A DNA stretch of 64,000 nucleotides, taken from NCBI RefSeq assembly GCF_011386835.1, contig NC_088803.1:17670001-17734000 (forward strand), read 5' to 3'. Source of the DNA: Chrysemys picta bellii. Taxonomy: Eukaryota. Position numbers and translations under genes: made by a program. A model generated the notes under the pieces. It worked only from the letters and a program-made list of their open reading frames with translations, did not search any database and had not been told where the DNA came from. Position 1 is the stretch's first letter. Each line of letters starts with the position of its first letter. Below, piece by piece: positions 60,301-64,000 of the stretch.

Positions 60301-63300
60301 AAGGGGCCCGTGGCGTGGCTGGAGCTCTGTTGTTCCTCGAGCACCAGGCCCTACCTTGGCTCAGGTCCCTAGGATCCCTGCACTGATATCTCTTAAATCC
60401 TCTCCCCACCCCCATTTCTGTCTGTCACCCCCAGAGGTCATCAAGACCCTGATTGTGAAGGGGAAGGCGCCGGTGGATCCCGAGTGCTTGGCTAAACTGG
60501 GGAAGGTAACACAAGACCTCCTGCCCCGGGGGTCTCCAGTCCCCACCCCCCTGAACCAGCCAATGCCTGCCCTGGGGCGGGATTGGGGCCAGCGCCCCCT
60601 AGAGGGGAAAAGGCCCACATCCCTGAGACAGCCAGTCCCCACTGGGGTGGGATTGGGGCCAATGCCCCTAGAGGGGACTTCCTCACATCCCATCCCTTCC
60701 CAGGGCCGGCTGCGGCTCAGGAAGTGCCCATTTCCCCCCAGGCCCACATTTACTGTGAAGGGGACGACGTCTACGACGTGATGCTCAACCAGGTGAGTGT
60801 GGCGCTGTGGCACTCCTGGCCGGGAGAGCCACCCGCTCAGGAGCTGGGGGAAGTGGGGCTGCTGCGGGCAGAGACCCCCCAACCCTGTCCCTGGCGCCCA
60901 GCCCCCCGTCTGTCCATCCGTCCCGCAGACCAACCTCCAGTTCAACAACAACAAGTTCTACGTCCTACAGCTCCTGGAGGATGATGGGCCGCGGAGCTAC
61001 AGCGTCTGGACGCGCTGGGGGCGCGGTGAGCAGGGTGGGGGCCATGGGGGGCTGGGTGAGTGTCGTGGGGCACTCCTGCATGGGGGAGGGAGCTGGATGT
61101 GTGTGGCCAGGGGCTAGGGTGTGGCAGGGGGCTGGGTGCATGGCAGGGGTTGGGGGGGCAGAGCAGTGTCCCCCATCACCACATCTGTCCTGTCCCTGCA
61201 GTGGGGCGGCCAGGCCAGCACGCGCTGGTGTCCTGCGCTGGGGACCTTGCCCAGGCCAAGGAGATCTTCACTAAGAAGTGAGTCCCCCTCTCCCCCCAAA
61301 CCCCTTGGAGCCTGCCCCCTCCTCGCCTCCCTCTCCGGTCTCTCCCCAGATTCCTAGACAAGACCAAAAACCACTGGGCCGAGCGGTGCAACTTCCAGAA
61401 AGTGCCTGGCAAGTACGACCTGCTGCACATGGACAGCTGGCCCCCCGTGAGTGTGACACCCCCCCTTACAGCCCCCCCATACGACCTGCACAAGGACAGC
61501 TGGCCTCGTGACCCCCTACACATAGCCCCCTGCCCCATATTACCTGCACATGGATCCTGAAGCCCACGCAGGCCCCCCAGCTCATGTGGAGAAGCAGTGG
61601 GCCCTGTGTCCCACCTCCATGGGAGCATTGCAGGGTGGCAGAATGGGGGTGCTCTGGGTACGGCTGGGAGATCCAGTAACAACCCCCCCCCCCCCCCGCC
61701 CAGGCCGCAGAGCTGCGCGGGGGCCTCCCAGCCCAAACCAGCCTCACGACTGGACCCCCGAGTGCAGGCGCTGCTGGGGCTGATCTGCGACCTGCAGGCC
61801 ATGGAGGAGATTGTGCTGGAGATGAAGTATGACACCAAGAAGGCTCCTCTCGGTGAGCCCCCCATGGGCGTGTAGGGGAGGGATTGGGGGTGGCGGGGGC
61901 CGGCAGATCTGGGCTGTGGTTGAGAGGGTTCTGGGGTGCAGGGGATCTGGCGGGAGTCAGGGGGCTCCTGGGGGGTCCCAGGCGCTGGTGGTTCTGACCC
62001 GCTCCCCCCAGGGAAGCTGACGGTGGAGCAGATCCGTGCTGGGTTCCAGTCACTGCAGAAGGTGGAGGCGGTTCTGCGGGCCGGGGACACTGGACGGGCC
62101 CTGCTGGAAGCCTGCAACGAGTTCTACACTCGTGTGCCCCATGACTTTGGGTCAGTGCCCCCAAGTGCCCCCCCCCGCTCCTCCCCCCGAGTGTCGCTCC
62201 CAGCATGCTCCGCCGTGCCGAGTGTCCCCCGCCCGCTCCGAGCGCCTCCTGCCTAGGGTTGCCAACTTTCTACTTGCACAAAACCAAACACCCTTGTCCC
62301 ACCCCTCCTCTGAGGCCCTGCCCCTGCTCACTCCATCCCCCCCTCCCTCTGTTGCTCACTCTCCCCACCCTCACTCACTTTCACTAGGCTAAGGCAGGGG
62401 GTTGGGGTACAGGGGGTGTGAGGGCTCTGGGGCTGGGCCAGGTATGAGGGGTTTGGAGTGCAGGAGGGGACTCTGGACTGGGGCACGGGGGTTCGGAGGG
62501 CAGGGGGTTGGAGCGTGGGGGGGTGAGGGCTCCAGCTGGGGGTGCGGGCTCTGGGGCAGAGCTGGGTATTAGGGGTTTGGGGTGCAGGAGGGTGCTCTGG
62601 GCTGGGATCGAAGGGTTTGGAGGGTGAGAGGGGGATCAGGGCTGGGGCAGGGGGTTGGGGCGTGGGGGTGCAGGCTCCGGGTGATGCTCACTTCAAGCAG
62701 CTCCCGGAAGCAGTGGCATGTTCCCCCTCTGGCTCCTACGTGGAGGCGCAGCCAGGCGGCTCTATGCACTGCCCTGTCTGCAGGCGTTGCTCCCGCAGCT
62801 CCCATTGGTCGGGAACCACAGTGCTTGGGGCGGGAGCAGCGTACAGAGCCCCCTGGCTGCCCCAATGCCTAGGAGCTGGACGGGGGACATGCCACTGCCT
62901 CCGGGAACCGCGTGAAGCCTGCCTTAGCTTCGCTGTGCCGCCAGCCGGACTTTTAATGGCCCTTCCAGCAGTGGTAACTGGAGCTGCCAGGGTCCCTTTT
63001 CGACTGGGTGTTCCGGTCAACAACCGGACACCTGGCAACCCTACCCCTGCCCCTCCAAGCACCCCCTACCCTGCCCTGCTCTGCGTCCTCGCTGGGGCTC
63101 TAGGTCCCCCCCCACTCCCCCTAGGCCTGGCTCACTCTGCTTCTCTCCCCCCCACACACACACCCAGGCTTTGGACACCCCCATTGATCTGGACGTGGCA
63201 GGAGCTTCAGGAGAAGGTGCAGCTGCTGGAGGTGAGCGGGGGGAGGTGGGAAATCTGTCCCTCCATCTCTCTGTCTGTCCATCCCACTCTGACCCCTGAC

Positions 63301-63813
63301 TCCCCCCACCCCCCAGGCCCTGGGCGAGATCCAGCTCGCCATCAAGCTGGTGCGCTTGGAGCTGCATGGCCAGGAGCACCCGCTGGACCGGAGCTACCGC
63401 ACGCTGGGCTGTGAGCTCCACCCCCTGGAGCGGGACTCTGCCCACTTCCAGTTTGGGGGGCTGCGAGGGGCCAGCAGTGGGGAAGCTGGGGAGCAGGGTG
63501 GGTTGGGGAGTGGTGGGGAGCAGTGTAGGCTAGTGGGGTGGGCAAGGGGGACAATGTGGGGCTGGGGAGGCCAGGTGAGGGGGCAGTGACCAGGGGCATG
63601 TGGGGTGGGGGAGCGGGGGCTGAAAAAGGCCAGGCGGGTGGGGAGGGGGGCAGGGCTGGGGTTGGCTCACGCCCCACAGCTCCCCCCAGGTGCTGGAGCG
63701 GTACCTGCTCTCCACCCATGCGCCCACCCACTGTGACTACTCCATGGAGCTGCTGGAGGTTTCACCCTGAGCCGGGCCGGCGAGCCCCCCTTCCGCGCCA
63801 GCCTGTCCAACCG
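57329..63813 (+). pseudogene. PARP2: Disabled copy of WWE-PARP2, interrupted by an LTR at the window end
   Basis: ATG>GTG at 57329; 1-bp deletion near 58590; 5-bp deletion near 61710; donor GT>TT at 63452; 1-bp deletion near 63758; promoter and first exon deleted; LTR begins at 63818. Confidence 0.92.
58770..59540. mobile_element. Complete hAT-type MITE with 8-bp TSD ATCTAAAA
   Basis: caggggcgggcaaac...gtttgcccacctctg flanked by atctaaaa on both sides. Confidence 0.88.
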
Positions 63814-63817
63814 GTGA

Positions 63818-64000
63818 TGTAGATAAATCACTGATAATTTTCATATGACTTTACATTGGTGCCTCTTCATATAACCTTGTGGTGCGTCTACCCACGTGTG
63901 ACCTCTGTTTTCATGGGACTTTGTATCAAAGCCTCATTTAGAAACTTTGCATTGCCCTTGGTATCATATTATAGCCCCTAAGGATAGAATAAGATAGAAG
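63818..64000 (+). mobile_element. Start of an LTR of the same family as 24279-28080, in the opposite orientation (runs off the window)
   Basis: tgtagataaatc...gatagaag is the reverse complement, with some substitutions, of the LTR ends at ~24955-25137 and ~27897-28080. Confidence 0.92.

Larger units (their letters stand above)
47886..63817 (+). repeat. Second copy of a direct segmental duplication (partner 1-21557), with three internal deletions
   Basis: Colinear near-identity from position 1 = 47886 through 21557 = 63817, including shared intronic TEs. Missing from this copy: ~1165-1777, ~6885-10680 and ~13885-14930 of the left copy. Confidence 0.95.

Overview
GC-rich, intron-containing vertebrate DNA. 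It is most likely turtle (inferred from CR1/SINE 3' tails, hAT and Harbinger-type MITEs) and is syntenic with the mammalian RPPH1-PARP2-TEP1 locus. The window is a direct segmental duplication: 1-21557 aligns to 47886-63817. The left copy holds four elements. (i) The 5' part of a minus-strand macro/KH/WWE/ART gene (PARP14/PARP9-like). (ii) An intact 12-finger C2H2 ZNF gene. (iii) A compact Oct-SPH-PSE-TATA (H1/RPPH1-type) Pol III promoter with no recognisable RNase P RNA behind it. (iv) An intact 18-coding-exon PARP2 (698 aa by my splice model) with two N-terminal WWE domains that mammalian PARP2 lacks. Convergent with PARP2 is a 5'-truncated TEP1 (WD40 exons only) with four in-frame TAG stops, a frameshift and a 3.8-kb LTR retroelement inserted in an exon. 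In the right copy all three genes are disabled, two promoters are deleted, and a related LTR starts at a PARP2 splice donor. Other content: tRNA-SINE-head tandem arrays, two large minisatellites, several MITEs and two unidentified exon-like segments. All calls come from manual translation and recalled protein sequences; no searches were run.
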